Assembly: GCA_964016885.1 (NCBI GenBank)
Contig: OZ024740.1
Location: 63,736,001-63,800,000 of the forward strand
DNA from: Eledone cirrhosa
Taxonomy: Eukaryota
Length of the DNA: 64,000 nt
Reading direction: 5' to 3'
Positions 24,701-39,700 of the stretch are shown piece by piece (positions within the stretch are counted from its first letter, which is position 1; each line of letters starts with the position of its first letter). Both the position numbers and the translations under genes were made by a program. Under the pieces are notes generated by a model. The model was given only the letters and a program-made list of their open reading frames with translations. It was not told the DNA's origin and did not search any database.

Positions 24701-27700
24701 CATGACACAGTGACATCTTTCAGTTGACAGCCATGACACAGTGACATCTTTCAGTTGACAGCCATGACACAGTGACATCTTTCAGTTGACAGCCATGACA
24801 CTGTGACATCTTTCAGTTAACAGCCATGACACAGTGACATCTTTAGGTTGACAGCCATGACACAGTGACATCTTTCAGTTGACAGCCATGACACAGTGAC
24901 ATCTTTCAGTTGACAGCCATGACACTGTGACATCTTTCAGTTAACAGCCATGATACTGTGTCATCTTTCAGTTGACAGCCATGACACAGTGATATCTATC
25001 AGTTGACAGCTATGACACTGTGACATCTTTCAGTTCACAGCCATGACACAGTGACATCTATCAGTTGACAGCCATGACACTGTGACATCTTTCAGTTAAC
25101 AGCTATGACACACTGACATCTTCAGTTAACAGCTATGACACAGTGACATCTTTCAGTTAACAGCTATGACACAGTGACATCTTTCAGTTAACAGCCATGA
25201 CACTGTGACATCTTTCAGTTAACAGCCATGACACTGTGTCATCTTTCAGTTGACAGCCATGACACTGTCATCTTTCAGTTGACAGCCATGACACTGTGTC
25301 ATCTTTCAGTTAACAGACATGACACAGTGACATTTTTCAGTGGACAGCCATGACACAATGACATCTTTCAGTTAACAGCCATGACACAGTGACATCTTTC
25401 AGTTGACAGCTATGACACTGTGTCATCTTTCAGTTAACAGCTATGACACAGTGACATCTTTCAGTTGACAGCTATGACACTGTGTCATCTTTCAGTTAAC
25501 AGCTATGACACAATGACATCTTTCAGTTGACAGCTATGACACTGTGACATCTTTCAGTTAACAGCTATGACACTGTGTCATCTTTCAGTTGACAGCCATG
25601 ACACTGTGTCATCTTTCAGTTAACAGACATGACACAGTGACATCGTTCAGTGGACAGACATGACAGTGACATCTTTCAGTTGACAGCCATGACACAGTGA
25701 CATCTTTCAGTTAACAGCTATGTCACAGTGACATCTTTCAGTTAACAGCTATGACACAGTGACATCTTCATTTAACAGCCATGACACAGTGACATCTTTC
25801 AGTTAACAGCTATGTCACAGTGACATCTTTCAGTTAACAGCTATGACACAGTGACATCTTTCAGTTAACAGCTATGACAGTGTGTCATCTTTCAGTTGAC
25901 AGCCACGACACAGTGTCACCTTTCAGTTGACAGTCATGACACTGTGACATCTTTCAGTTGACAGACATGACAGTGACATCTTTCAGTTGACAGCCATGAC
26001 ACAGTGACATCTTTCAGTTGACAGCCATGACACAGTGACATCTTCAGTTAACAGCCATGACACTGTGTCATCTTTCAGTTGACAGCCATGACACTGACAT
26101 CTTTCAGTTGACAGACATGACACAGTGACATCTTTCAGTTAACAGCTATGACACTGACATCTTTCAGTTAACAGCTATGACACAGTGACATCTTTCAGTT
26201 GACAGCCATGACACTGACATCTTTCAGTTAACAGCTATGACATTGTGTCATCTTTCAGTTGACAGTCATGACACAGTGTCACCTTTCAGTTGACAGTCAT
26301 GACACTGTGACATCTTTCAGTTGACAGACATGACAGTGACATCTTTCAGTTGACAGCCATGACACAGTGACATCTTTCAGTTGACAGTCATGACACTGTG
26401 ACATCTATCAGTTGACAGCCATGTCACAGTGACATCTTTCAGTTAACAGCTATGACACTGTGTCATCTTTCAGTTGACAGCCATGACACTGTGTCATCTT
26501 TCAGTTAACAGACATGACAAAGTGACATCTTGCAGTGGACAGACATGACAGTGACACCTTTCAGTTGTCAGCCATGACACTGTGACATCTTTCAGTTAAT
26601 AGCTATGACACAGTGACATCTATCAGTTAACAGCTATAACACTGTGACATCTTTCAGTTAACAGCTATGACACTGTGATATCTTTCAGTTGACAGACATG
26701 ACACTGTGTTATCTTTCAGTTGACAGACATGACACTGTGACATCTTTCAGTTAATAGCTATGACACAGTGACATCTTTCAGTTAACAGCTATGACACTGT
26801 GACATCTTTCAGTTAACAGCTATGACACTGTGTCATCTTTCAGTTGACAGCCATGACACTGTGTCATCTTTCAGTTGACAGCCATGACACTGACATCTTT
26901 CAGTTGACAGACATGACAGTGACATCTTTCAGTTGACAGCCATGACACAGTGACATCTTTCAGTTAACAGCTATGACACTGTGACATCTTTCAGTTGACA
27001 GCCATGACACTGATATCTTTCAGTTAACAGCTATGACACAGTGACTCTTTCAGTTGACAGCTATGACACTGTGATATCTTTCAGTGGACAGCCATGACAC
27101 AGTGACATCTATCATATCAGTTGACAGCCATGACACAGAGACATCTATCAGTTAACAGCCATGACACTGACATCTTTCAGTTGACAGACATGACACAGTG
27201 ACATCTATCATATCAGTTGACAGCCATGACACTGTGACATCTTTCAGTTGACAGACATGACACAGTGACATCTATCATATCAGTTGACAGCCATGACACA
27301 GTGACATCTTTCAGTTAACAGCTATGACACAGTGACATCTTTCAGTTAACAGCTATGACACAGTGACATATTTCAGTTGACAGCCATGACACTGTGACAT
27401 CTTTCAGTTAACAGCTATGACACTGTGTCATCTTTCAGTTGACAGCCATGACACTGTCATCTTTCAGTTGACAGCCATGACACTGTGTCATCTTTCAGTT
27501 AACAGACATGACACAGTGACATCTTTCAGTGGACAGCCATGACACTGTCATCTTTCAGTTGACAGCCATGACACTGTGTCATCTTTCAGTTGACAGCCAT
27601 GACACGGTGATATCTATCAGTTGACAGCTATGACACTGTGACATCTTTCAGTTCACAGCCATGACACAGTGACATCTATCAGTTGACAGCCATGACACTG

Positions 27701-30700
27701 TGACATCTTTCAGTTAACAGCTATGACACACTGACATCTTCAGTTAACAGCTATGACACAGTGACATCTTTCAGTTAACAGCTATGACACAGTGACATCT
27801 TTCAGTTAAAAGCTATGACACAGTGACATCTTTCAGTTAACAGCTGACACAGTGACATCTTTCAGTTGACAGCCATGACACTGTGACATCTTTCAGTTAA
27901 CAGCCATGACACTGTGTCATCTTTCAGTTGACAGCCATGACACTGTCATCTTTCAGTTGACAGCCATGACACTGTGTCATCTTTCAGTTAACAGACATGA
28001 CACAGTGACATTTTTCAGTGGACAGCCATGACACAATGACATCTTTCAGTTAACAGCTATGACACAGTGACATCTTTCAGTTGACAGCTATGACACTGTG
28101 TCATCTTTCAGTTAACAGCTATGACACAGTGACATCTTTCAGTTGACAGCTATGACAGTGTCATCTTTCAGTTAACAGCTATGACACAATGACATCTTTC
28201 AGTTAGCAGCTATGACACAGTGACATCTTTCAGTTGACAGCCATGACACTGTGACATCTTTCAGTTAACAGCTATGACACTGTGTCATCTTTCAGTTGAC
28301 AGCCATGACACTGTCATCTTTCAGTTGACAGCCATGACACTGTGTCATCTTTCAGTTAACAGACATGACACAGTGACATCTTTCAGTGGACAGCCATGAC
28401 ACAGTGACATCTTTCAGTTAACAGCTATGACACAGTGACATCTTTCAGTTGACAGCCATGTCACAGTGACATCTTTCAGTTAACAGCTATGACACTGTGT
28501 CATCTTTCAGTTGACAGCCATGACACTGTGTCATCTTTCAGTTAACAGACATGACACCGTGACATCGTTCAGGGGACAGACATGACAGTGACATCTTTCA
28601 GTTGACAGCCATGACACAGTGACATCTTTCAGTTAACAGCTATGTCACAGTGACATCTTTCAGTTAACAGCTATGACACAGTGACATCTTCAGTTAACAG
28701 CCATGACACAGTGACATCTTTCAGTTAACAGCTATGTCACAGTGACATCTTTCAGTTAACAGCTATGACACTGTGATATCTTTCAGTTGACAGACATGAC
28801 ACTGTGTTATCTTTCAGTTGACAGACATGACACTGTGACATCTTTCAGTTAATAGCTATGACACAGTGACATCTTTCAGTTAACAGCTATGACACTGTGA
28901 CATCTTTCAGTTAACAGCTATGACACTGTGTCATCTTTCAGTTGACAGCCATGACACTGTGTCATCTTTCAGTTGACAGCCATGACACTGACATCTTTCA
29001 GTTGACAGACATGACAGTGACATCTTTCAGTTGACAGCCATGACACAGTGACATCTTTCAGTTAACAGCTATGACACTGTGACATCTTTCAGTTGACAGA
29101 CATGACAGTGACATCTTTCAGTTGACAGCCATGACACAGTGACATCTTTCAGTTGACAGTCATGACACTGTGACATCTATCAGTTGACAGCCATGTCACA
29201 GTGACATCTTTCAGTTAACAGCTATGACACTGTGTCATCTTTCAGTTGACAGCCATGACACTGTGTCATCTTTCAGTTAACAGACATGACACCGTGACAT
29301 CGTTCAGGGGACAGACATGACAGTGACATCTTTCAGTTGACAGCCATGACACAGTGACATCTTTCAGTTAACAGCTATGTCACAGTGACATCTTTCAGTT
29401 AACAGCTATGACACAGTGACATCTTCAGTTAATAGCTATGACACAGTGACATCTATCAGTTAACAGCTATGACACTGTGACATCTTTCAGTTAACAGCTA
29501 TGACACTGTGATATCTTTCAGTTGACAGACATGACACTGTGTTATCTTTCAGTTGACAGACATGACACTGTGACATCTTTCAGTTAATAGCTATGACACA
29601 GTGACATCTTTCAGTTAACAGCTATGACACTGTGACATCTTTCAGTTAACAGCTATGACACTGTGTCATCTTTCAGTTGACAGCCATGACACTGTGTCAT
29701 CTTTCAGTTGACAGCCATGACACTGACATCTTTCAGTTGACAGACATGACAGTGACATCTTTCAGTTGACAGCCATGACACAGTGACATCTTTCAGTTAA
29801 CAGCTATGACACTGTGACATCTTTCAGTTGACAGCCATGACACTGATATCTTTCAGTTAACAGCTATGACACAGTGACTCTTTCAGTTGACAGCTATGAC
29901 ACTGTGATATCTTTCAGTGGACAGCCATGACACAGTGACATCTATCATATCAGTTGACAGCCATGACACAGAGACATCTATCAGTTAACAGCCATGACAC
30001 TGACATCTTTCAGTTGACAGACATGACACAGTGACATCTATCATATCAGTTGACAGCCATGACACTGTGACATCTTTCAGTTGACAGACATGACACAGTG
30101 ACATCTATCATATCAGTTGACAGCCATGACACAGTGTCATCTTTCAGTTAACAGCTATGACACAGTGACATCTTTCAGTTAACAGCTATGACACAGTGAC
30201 ATATTTCAGTTGACAGCCATGACACTGTGACATCTTTCAGTTAACAGCTATGACACTGTGTCATCTTTCAGTTGACAGCCATGACACTGTCATCTTTCAG
30301 TTGACAGCCATGACACTGTGTCATCTTTCAGTTAACAGACATGACACAGTGACATCTTTCAGTGGACAGCCATGACACAGTGACATCTTTCAGTTAACAG
30401 CTATGACACAGTGACATCTTTCAGTTGACAGCCATGTCACAGTGACATCTTTCAGTTAACAGCTATGACACTGTGTCATCTTTCAGTTGACAGCCATGAC
30501 ACTGTGTCATCTTTCAGTTGACAGCCATGACACGGTGATATCTATCAGTTGACAGCTATGACACTGTGACATCTTTCAGTTCACAGCCATGACACAGTGA
30601 CATCTATCAGTTGACAGCCATGACACTGTGACATCTTTCAGTTAACAGCTATGACACACTGACATCATCAGTTAACAGCTATGACACAGTGACATCTTTC

Positions 30701-33700
30701 AGTTAACAGCTATGACACAGTGACATCTTTCAGTTAAAAGCTATGACACAGTGACATCTTTCAGTTAACAGCTGACACAGTGACATCTTTCAGTTGACAG
30801 CCATGACACTGTGACATCTTTCAGTTAACAGCCATGACACTGTGTCATCTTTCAGTTGACAGCCATGACACTGTCATCTTTCAGTTGACAGCCATGACAC
30901 TGTGTCATCTTTCAGTTAACAGACATGACACAGTGACATTTTTCAGTGGACAGCCATGACACAATGACATCTTTCAGTTAACAGCTATGACACAGTGACA
31001 TCTTTCAGTTGACAGCTATGACACTGTGTCATCTTTCAGTTAACAGCTATGACACAGTGACATCTTTCAGTTGACAGCTATGACAGTGTCATCTTTCAGT
31101 TAACAGCTATGACACAATGACATCTTTCAGTTAGCAGCTATGACACAGTGACATCTTTCAGTTGACAGCCATGACACTGTGACATCTTTCAGTTAACAGC
31201 TATGACACTGTGTCATCTTTCAGTTGACAGCCATGACACTGTCATCTTTCAGTTGACAGCCATGACACTGTGTCATCTTTCAGTTAACAGACATGACACA
31301 GTGACATCTTTCAGTGGACAGCCATGACACAGTGACATCTTTCAGTTAACAGCTATGACACAGTGACATCTTTCAGTTGACAGCCATGTCACAGTGACAT
31401 CTTTCAGTTAACAGCTATGACACTGTGTCATCTTTCAGTTGACAGCCATGACACTGTGTCATCTTTCAGTTAACAGACATGACACCGTGACATCGTTCAG
31501 TGGACAGACATGACAGTGACATCTTTCAGTTGACAGCCATGACACAGTGACATCTTTCAGTTAACAGCTATGTCACAGTGACATCTTTCAGTTAACAGCT
31601 ATGACACAGTGACATCTTCAGTTAACAGCCATGACACAGTGACATCTTTCAGTTAACAGCTATGTCACAGTGACATCTTTCAGTTAACAGCTATGACACT
31701 GTGATATCTTTCAGTTGACAGACATGACACTGTGTTATCTTTCAGTTGACAGACATGACACTGTGACATCTTTCAGTTAATAGCTATGACACAGTGACAT
31801 CTTTCAGTTAACAGCTATGACACTGTGACATCTTTCAGTTAACAGCTATGACACTGTGTCATCTTTCAGTTGACAGCCATGACACTGTGTCATCTTTCAG
31901 TTGACAGCCATGACACTGACATCTTTCAGTTGACAGACATGACAGTGACATCTTTCAGTTGACAGCCATGACACAGTGACATCTTTCAGTTAACAGCTAT
32001 GACACTGTGACATCTTTCAGTTGACAGCCATGACACTGATATCTTTCAGTTAACAGCTATGACACAGTGACTCTTTCAGTTGACAGCTATGACACTGTGA
32101 TATCTTTCAGTGGACAGCCATGACACAGTGACATCTATCATATCAGTTGACAGCCATGACACAGAGACATCTATCAGTTAACAGCCATGACACTGACATC
32201 TTTCAGTTGACAGACATGACACAGTGACATCTATCATATCAGTTGACAGCCATGACACTGTGACATCTTTCAGTTGACAGACATGACACAGTGACATCTA
32301 TCATATCAGTTGACAGCCATGACACAGTGACATCTTTCAGTTAACAGCTATGACACAGTGACATCTTTCAGTTAACAGCTATGACACAGTGACATATTTC
32401 AGTTGACAGCCATGACACTGTGACATCTTTCAGTTAACAGCTATGACACTGTGTCATCTTTAAGTTGACAGCCATGACACTGTCATCTTTCAGTTGACAG
32501 CCATGACACTGTGTCATCTTTCAGTTAACAGACATGACACAGTGACATCTTTCAGTGGACAGCCATGACACAGTGACATCTTTCAGTTAACAGCTATGAC
32601 ACAGTGACATCTTTCAGTTGACAGCCATGTCACAGTGACATCTTTCAGTTAACAGCTATGACACTGTGTCATCTTTCAGTTGACAGCCATGACACTGTGT
32701 CATCTTTCAGTTGACAGCCATGACACGGTGATATCTATCAGTTGACACCTATGACACTGTGACATCTTTCAGTTCACAGCCATGACACAGTGACATCTAT
32801 CAGTTGACAGCCATGACACTGTGACATCTTTCAGTTAACAGCTATGACACACTGACATCTTCAGTTAACAGCTATGACACAGTGACATCTTTCAGTTAAC
32901 AGCTATGACACAGTGACATCTTTCAGTTAAAAGCTATGACACAGTGACATCTTTCAGTTAACAGCTGACACAGTGACATCTTTCAGTTGACAGCCATGAC
33001 ACTGTGACATCTTTCAGTTAACAGCCATGACACTGTGTCATCTTTCAGTTGACAGCCATGACACTGTCATCTTTCAGTTGACAGCCATGACACTGTGTCA
33101 TCTTTCAGTTAACAGACATGACACAGTGACATTTTTCAGTGGACAGCCATGACACAATGACATCTTTCAGTTAACAGCTATGACACAGTGACATCTTTCA
33201 GTTGACAGCTATGACACTGTGTCATCTTTCAGTTAACAGCTATGACACAGTGACATCTTTCAGTTGACAGCTATGACAGTGTCATCTTTCAGTTAACAGC
33301 TATGACACAATGACATCTTTCAGTTAGCAGCTATGACACAGTGACATCTTTCAGTTGACAGCCATGACACTGTGACATCTTTCAGTTAACAGCTATGACA
33401 CTGTGTCATCTTTCAGTTGACAGCCATGACACTGTCATCTTTCAGTTGACAGCCATGACACTGTGTCATCTTTCAGTTAACAGACATGACACAGTGACAT
33501 CTTTCAGTGGACAGCCATGACACAGTGACATCTTTCAGTTAACAGCTATGACACAGTGACATCTTTCAGTTGACAGCCATGTCACAGTGACATCTTTCAG
33601 TTAACAGCTATGACACTGTGTCATCTTTCAGTTGACAGCCATGACACTGTGTCATCTTTCAGTTAACAGACATGACACCGTGACATCGTTCAGTGGACAG

Positions 33701-36700
33701 ACATGACAGTGACATCTTTCAGTTGACAGCCATGACACAGTGACATCTTTCAGTTAACAGCTATGACACAGTGACATCTTTCAGTTGACAGCCATGTCAC
33801 AGTGACATCTTTCAGTTAACAGCTATGACACTGTGTCATCTTTCAGTTGACAGCCATGACACTGTGTCATCTTTCAGTTAACAGACATGACACCGTGACA
33901 TCGTTCAGTGGACAGACATGACAGTGACATCTTTCAGTTGACAGCCATGACACAGTGTCATCTTTCAGTTGACAGCCATGACACTGTGTCATCTTTCAGT
34001 TAACAGACATGACACCGTGACATCGTTCAGTGGACAGACATGACAGTGACATCTTTCAGTTGACAGCCATGACACAGTGACATCTTTCAGTTAACAGCTA
34101 TATCACAGTGACATCTTCAGTTAACAGCCATGACACTGTGACATCTTTCAGTTAACAGCTATGACACTGTGTCATCTTTCAGTTGACAGCCATGACACTG
34201 TCATCTTTCAGTTGACAGCCATGACACTGTGTCATCTTTCAGTTAACAGACATGACACAGTGACATCTTTCAGTGGACAGCCATGACACAGTGACATCTT
34301 TCAGTTAACAGCTATGACACAGTGACATCTTTCAGTTAACAGCTATGACACAGTGACATCTTTCAGTTAACAGCTATGACACTGTGTCATCTTTCAGTTG
34401 ACAGCCACGACACAGTGTCACCTTTCAGTTGACAGTCATGACACTGTGACATCTTTCAGTTGACAGACATGACAGTGACATCTTTCAGTTGACAGCCATG
34501 ACACAGTGACATCTTTCAGTTGACAGCCATGACACAGTGACATCTTCAGTTAACAGCCATGACACTGTGTCATCTTTCAGTTGACAGCCATGACACTGAC
34601 ATCTTTCAGTTGACAGACATGACACAGTGACATCTTTCAGTTAACAGCTATGACACTGACATCTTTCAGTTAACAGCTATGACACAGTGACATCTTTCAG
34701 TTGACAGCCATGACACTGACATCTTTCAGTTAACAGCTATGACATTGTGTCATCTTTCAGTTGACAGTCATGACACAGTGTCACCTTTCAGTTGACAGTC
34801 ATGACACTGTGACATCTTTCAGTTGACAGACATGACAGTGACATCTTTCAGTTGACAGCCATGACACAGTGACATCTTTCAGTTGACAGTCATGACACTG
34901 TGACAACTATCAGTTGACAGCCATGTCACAGTGACATCTTTCAGTTAACAGCTATGACACTCTGTCATCTTTCAGTTGACAGCCATGACACTATGTCATC
35001 TTTCAGTTAACAGACATGACAAAGTGACATCTTGCAGTGGACAGACATGACAGTGACACCTTTCAGTTGACAGCCATGACACTGTGACATCTTTCAGTTA
35101 ATAGCTATGACACAGTGACATCTATCAGTTAACAGCTATGACACTGTGACATCTTTCAGTTAACAGCTATGACACTGTGATATCTTTCAGTTGACAGACA
35201 TGACACTGTGTTATCTTTCAGTTGACAGACATGACACTGTGACATCTTTCAGTTAATAGCTATGACACAGTGACATCTTTCAGTTAACAGCTATGACACT
35301 GTGACATCTTTCAGTTAACAGCTATGACACTGTGTCATCTTTCAGTTGACAGCCATGACACTGTGTCATCTTTCAGTTGACAGCCATGACACTGACATCT
35401 TTCAGTTGACAGACATGACAGTGACATCTTTCAGTTGACAGCCATGACACAGTGACATCTTTCAGTTAACAGCTATGACACTGTGACATCTTTCAGTTGA
35501 CAGCCATGACACTGACATCTTTCAGTTAACAGCTATGACACAGTGACTCTTTCAGTTGACAGCTATGACACTGTGATATCTTTCAGTGGACAGCCATGAC
35601 ACAGTTACATCTATCATATCAGTTGACAGCCATGACACAGAGACATCTATCAGTTAACAGCCATGACACTGACATCTTTCAGTTGACAGACATGACACAG
35701 TGACATCTATCATATCAGTTGACAGCCATGACACTGTGACATCTTTCAGTTGACAGACATGCCACAGTGACATCTATCATATCAGTTGACAGCCATGACA
35801 CAGTGACATCTTTCAGTTGACAGCCATGACACTGACATCTTTCAGTTGACAGCCATGACACTGTGACATCTTTCAGTTAACAGCTATGACATTGTGTCAT
35901 CTTTCAGTTGACAGTCATGACACAGTGTCACCTTTCAGTTGACAGACATGACAGTGACATCTTTCAGTTCACAGCCATGACACAGTGACATCTTTCAGTT
36001 AACAGCCATGACACTCTGTCATCTTTCAGTTGACAGCCATGACACTGTGACATCTTTCAGTTAACAGCTATGACACAGTGACATCTATCAGTTGACAGCT
36101 ATGACACTGTGACATCTTTCAGTTGACAGCCATGACACAGTGACATCTTTCAGTTAACAGCTATGACACAGTGACATCTTTCAGTTAACAGCTATGACAC
36201 AGTGACATCTTTCAGTTAACAGCTATGACACAGTGACATCTTTCAGTTAACAGCTATGACACTGTGACATCTTTCAGTTAACAGCTATGACACTGTGTCA
36301 TCTTTCAGTTAACAGCTATGACACTGTGTCATCTTTAAGTTGACAGTCATGACACAGTGTCACCTTTCAGTTGACAGTCATGACACTGTGACATCTTTCA
36401 GTTGACAGACATGACAGTGACATCTTTCAGTTCACAGCCATGACACAGTGACATCTATCGGTTGACAGCCATGACACAGTGACATCTTTCAGTTAACAGC
36501 TATGTCACTCTGTCATCTTTCAGTTGACAGCCATGACACTGTGTCATCTTTCAGTTAACAGACATGACAAAGTGACATCTTTCAGTGGACAGACATGTCA
36601 GTGACACCTTTCAGTTAACAGCTATGACACTGTGACATCTTTCAGTTAACAGCTATAACAGTGACATCTTTCAGTTGACAGCCATGGCGCTGTGACATCT

Positions 36701-39700
36701 TTCAGTTGACAGCTTTGACACAGTGACATCTTTCAGTTAACAGACATGACACAGTGACATCTTTCAGTTAACAGCCATGACACAGTGACATCTTTCAGTT
36801 AACAGCCATGACACTGTGACATTTTTCAGTTAACAGCCATGACACAGTGACATCTTTCAGTTAACAGCTATGACACTGTGTCATCTTTCAGTTGACAGCC
36901 ATGACACTGTGTCATCTTTCAGTTAACAGACATGACAAAGTGACATCTTGCAGTGGACAGACATGACAGTGACACCTTTCAGTTGACAGCCATGACACTG
37001 TGACATCTTTCAGTTAATAGCTATGACACAGTGACATCTATCAGTTAACAGCTATGACACTGTGACATCTTTCAGTTAACAGCTATGACACTGTGATATC
37101 TTTCAGTTGACAGACATGACACTGTGTTATCTTTCAGTTGACAGACATGACACTGTGACATCTTTCAGTTAATAGCTATGACACAGTGACATCTTTCAGT
37201 TAACAGCTATGACACTGTGACATCTTTCAGTTAACAGCTATGACACTGTGTCATCTTTCAGTTGACAGCCATGACACTGTGTCATCTTTCAGTTGACAGC
37301 CATGACACTGACATCTTTCAGTTGACAGACATGACAGTGACATCTTTCAGTTGACAGCCATGACACAGTGACATCTTTCAGTTAACAGCTATGACACTGT
37401 GACATCTTTCAGTTGACAGCCATGACACTGATATCTTTCAGTTAACAGCTATGACACAGTGACTCTTTCAGTTGACAGCTATGACACTGTGATATCTTTC
37501 AGTGGACAGCCATGACACAGTGACATCTATCATATCAGTTGACAGCCATGACACAGAGACATCTATCAGTTAACAGCCATGACACTGACATCTTTCAGTT
37601 GACAGACATGACACAGTGACATCTATCATATCAGTTGACAGCCATGACACTGTGACATCTTTCAGTTGACAGACATGACACAGTGACATCTATCATATCA
37701 GTTGACAGCCATGACACAGTGACATCTTTCAGTTAACAGCTATGACACAGTGACATCTTTCAGTTAACAGCTATGACACAGTGACATATTTCAGTTGACA
37801 GCCATGACACTGTGACATCTTTCAGTTAACAGCTATGACACTGTGTCATCTTTCAGTTGACAGCCATGACACTGTCATCTTTCAGTTGACAGCCATGACA
37901 CTGTGTCATCTTTCAGTTAACAGACATGACACAGTGACATCTTTCAGTGGACAGCCATGACACAGTGACATCTTTCAGTTAACAGCTATGACACAGTGAC
38001 ATCTTTCAGTTGACAGCCATGTCACAGTGACATCTTTCAGTTAACAGCTATGACACTGTGTCATCTTTCAGTTGACAGCCATGACACTGTGTCATCTTTC
38101 AGTTGACAGCCATGACACGGTGATATCTATCAGTTGACAGCTATGACACTGTGACATCTTTCAGTTCACAGCCATGACACAGTGACATCTATCAGTTGAC
38201 AGCCATGACACTGTGACATCTTTCAGTTAACAGCTATGACACACTGACATCTTCAGTTAACAGCTATGACACAGTGACATCTTTCAGTTAACAGCTATGA
38301 CACAGTGACATCTTTCAGTTAAAAGCTATGACACAGTGACATCTTTCAGTTAACAGCTGACACAGTGACATCTTTCAGTTGACAGCCATGACACTGTGAC
38401 ATCTTTCAGTTAACAGCCATGACACTGTGTCATCTTACAGTTGACAGCCATGACACTGTCATCTTTCAGTTGACAGCCATGACACTGTGTCATCTTTCAG
38501 TTAACAGACATGACACAGTGACATTTTTCAGTGGACAGCCATGACACAATGACATCTTTCAGTTAACAGCTATGACACAGTGACATCTTTCAGTTGACAG
38601 CTATGACACTGTGTCATCTTTCAGTTAACAGCTATGACACAGTGACATCTTTCAGTTGACAGCTATGACAGTGTCATCTTTCAGTTAACAGCTATGACAC
38701 AATGACATCTTTCAGTTAGCAGCTATGACACAGTGACATCTTTCAGTTGACAGCCATGACACTGTGACATCTTTCAGTTAACAGCTATGACACTGTGTCA
38801 TCTTTCAGTTGACAGCCATGACACTGTCATCTTTCAGTTGACAGCCATGACACTGTGTCATCTTTCAGTTAACAGACATGACACAATGACATCTTTCAGT
38901 GGACAGCCATGACACAGTGACATCTTTCAGTTAACAGCTATGACACAGTGACATCTTTCAGTTGACAGCCATGTCACAGTGACATCTTTCAGTTAACAGC
39001 TATGACACTGTGTCATCTTTCAGTTGACAGCCATGACACTGTGTCATCTTTCAGTTAACAGACATGACACCGTGACATCGTTCAGTGGACAGACATGACA
39101 GTGACATCTTTCAGTTGACAGCCATGACACAGTGACATCTTTCAGTTAACAGCTATGTCACAGTGACATCTTTCAGTTAACAGCTATGACACAGTGACAT
39201 CTTCAGTTAACAGCCATGACACAGTGACATCTTTCAGTTAACAGCTATGTCACAGTGACATCTTTCAGTTAACAGCTATGACACTGTGATATCTTTCAGT
39301 TGACAGACATGACACTGTGTTATCTTTCAGTTGACAGACATGACACTGTGACATCTTTCAGTTAATAGCTATGACACAGTGACATCTTTCAGTTAACAGC
39401 TATGACACTGTGACATCTTTCAGTTAACAGCTATGACACTGTGTCATCTTTCAGTTGACAGCCATGACACTGTGTCATCTTTCAGTTGACAGCCATGACA
39501 CTGACATCTTTCAGTTGACAGACATGACAGTGACATCTTTCAGTTGACAGCCATGACACAGTGACATCTTTCAGTTAACAGCTATGACACTGTGACATCT
39601 TTCAGTTGACAGCCATGACACTGATATCTTTCAGTTAACAGCTATGACACAGTGACTCTTTCAGTTGACAGCTATGACACTGTGATATCTTTCAGTGGAC